Below are positions 63,053 through 64,000 of a DNA stretch of 64,000 bases, piece by piece. Position numbers and translations under genes: made by a program. This stretch comes from Octopus bimaculoides (lineage: Eukaryota): NCBI RefSeq assembly GCF_001194135.2, contig NC_068981.1, forward strand, positions 14,522,163 through 14,586,162, in the 5' to 3' direction. The notes beneath the pieces were generated by a model. The model was given only the letters and a program-made list of their open reading frames with translations, searched no databases and was not told the DNA's origin. Position 1 is the stretch's first letter. Every line of letters begins with the position of its first letter.

Positions 63053-64000
63053 TTAAATGCCATGTTCCCCACTTTTAGTCCGTTGTACGGAGGTATGAGT
63101 GTTTAGTTATAGTATGTTTGCCATTATTCTTTATATTACCCATAGTAGCAATACGATATATTTAACATTACCACTCATATATTTAGTAACACTCTGATGC
63201 CTATATAATGATTGCCAATTACGTTTAACCCTAAATGATATCTGCACTGATTTCACTAATTTAAATAAACGTGTTGATATATCATTAATTTCAATATAAT
63301 CACATTTCATTGTTAAAGACTATTAAAATCTATTTACTGTTAACGCTTGCGTGTGTGCATATGAATCTAGTAAAGGCTGATCAATATGTTTCAAGTTAAT
63401 TCCCAACCTCTAACGTGGACGGGTTTTGTTAATATAGTGTGGAATTAATGCTCTTCGACTTTATATTAAGGGGAAAAATTGAACTAGCAAGTACTGTATA
63501 TTATTTTATTTATTCATTGTGGTTTTCTTGCTTTATTTATATCAGTGTATTCGTTATTAACAATCATCTTCCTAACATCATCATTAATGTGACACTTTTA
63601 ACACATCACTACTGGAACATTTTACATTAGGCAAATTTTATTCAATAACCGTTACACTAACCATATTACTTACAGCAGGGCAATACCTATAACTATGTTT
63701 GCGTTTAAAGAAATTAGTATTCGAACAACCAAAAGTCCACCAAAAAATTATCAGCAAACGTTCGATATAGAGGGAATTATGTCCTTAGGAGTAATTAGTG
63801 CATTCGTAAAATATTAACGTGATTTATAATAGGTATTATCATACATAAATATATTATTAGCAGAACCTAAAGAAAAACATGCAATATAAAGGCTGCTTTT
63901 GTAACAAAAATATGCATGCAAGGTTTCCTATTAAATAGCACCTTTCAAAAAACAGATGAATAGGTGTTAAAACTTCTACCAAATTTAAACTTAAGGTAAT

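Noticed and set aside
1-64000. CRISPR arrays, rRNA or prokaryotic operons
   Set aside because: No regularly spaced repeat-spacer arrays, rRNA-like sequence or gene-dense regions; the sequence is eukaryotic repeat-rich DNA.

Overview
This is AT-rich, microsatellite-dense eukaryotic DNA with 14 N-gaps. The SINE, LINE and transposon content suggests an octopod cephalopod genome; this is an inference from recalled repeat families, not a database result. Most of the window is intronic or intergenic and filled with decayed mobile elements: two Tc1 and two mariner transposons, several MITEs (pogo/Tigger-like, hAT-like, Merlin-like, Helentron-associated), RTE, CR1-type, R4/Dong-type and L1/Tx1-type LINE fragments, many tRNA-derived SINEs, and Penelope-like termini carrying hammerhead-ribozyme-like motifs. 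No gene could be named with confidence. A few candidate exons or ORFs were found by eye (6.8-8.9 kb, 29 kb, 31.3 kb, 42.7 kb, 53.5 kb, 56.2-56.7 kb), plus a possible kelch pseudogene. The most notable structures are (1) an 876-bp TIR element with an 8-bp TSD whose core is a fold-back TTAGGG/CCCTAA array, (2) a 164-bp, 1-mismatch inverted pair of hammerhead-like repeats 2.6 kb apart and anchored in (TA)n, (3) a head-to-tail SINE trimer with near-identical junctions, and (4) the 5' half (ORF1) of an L1/Tx1-like element. All translations and alignments were done by eye.
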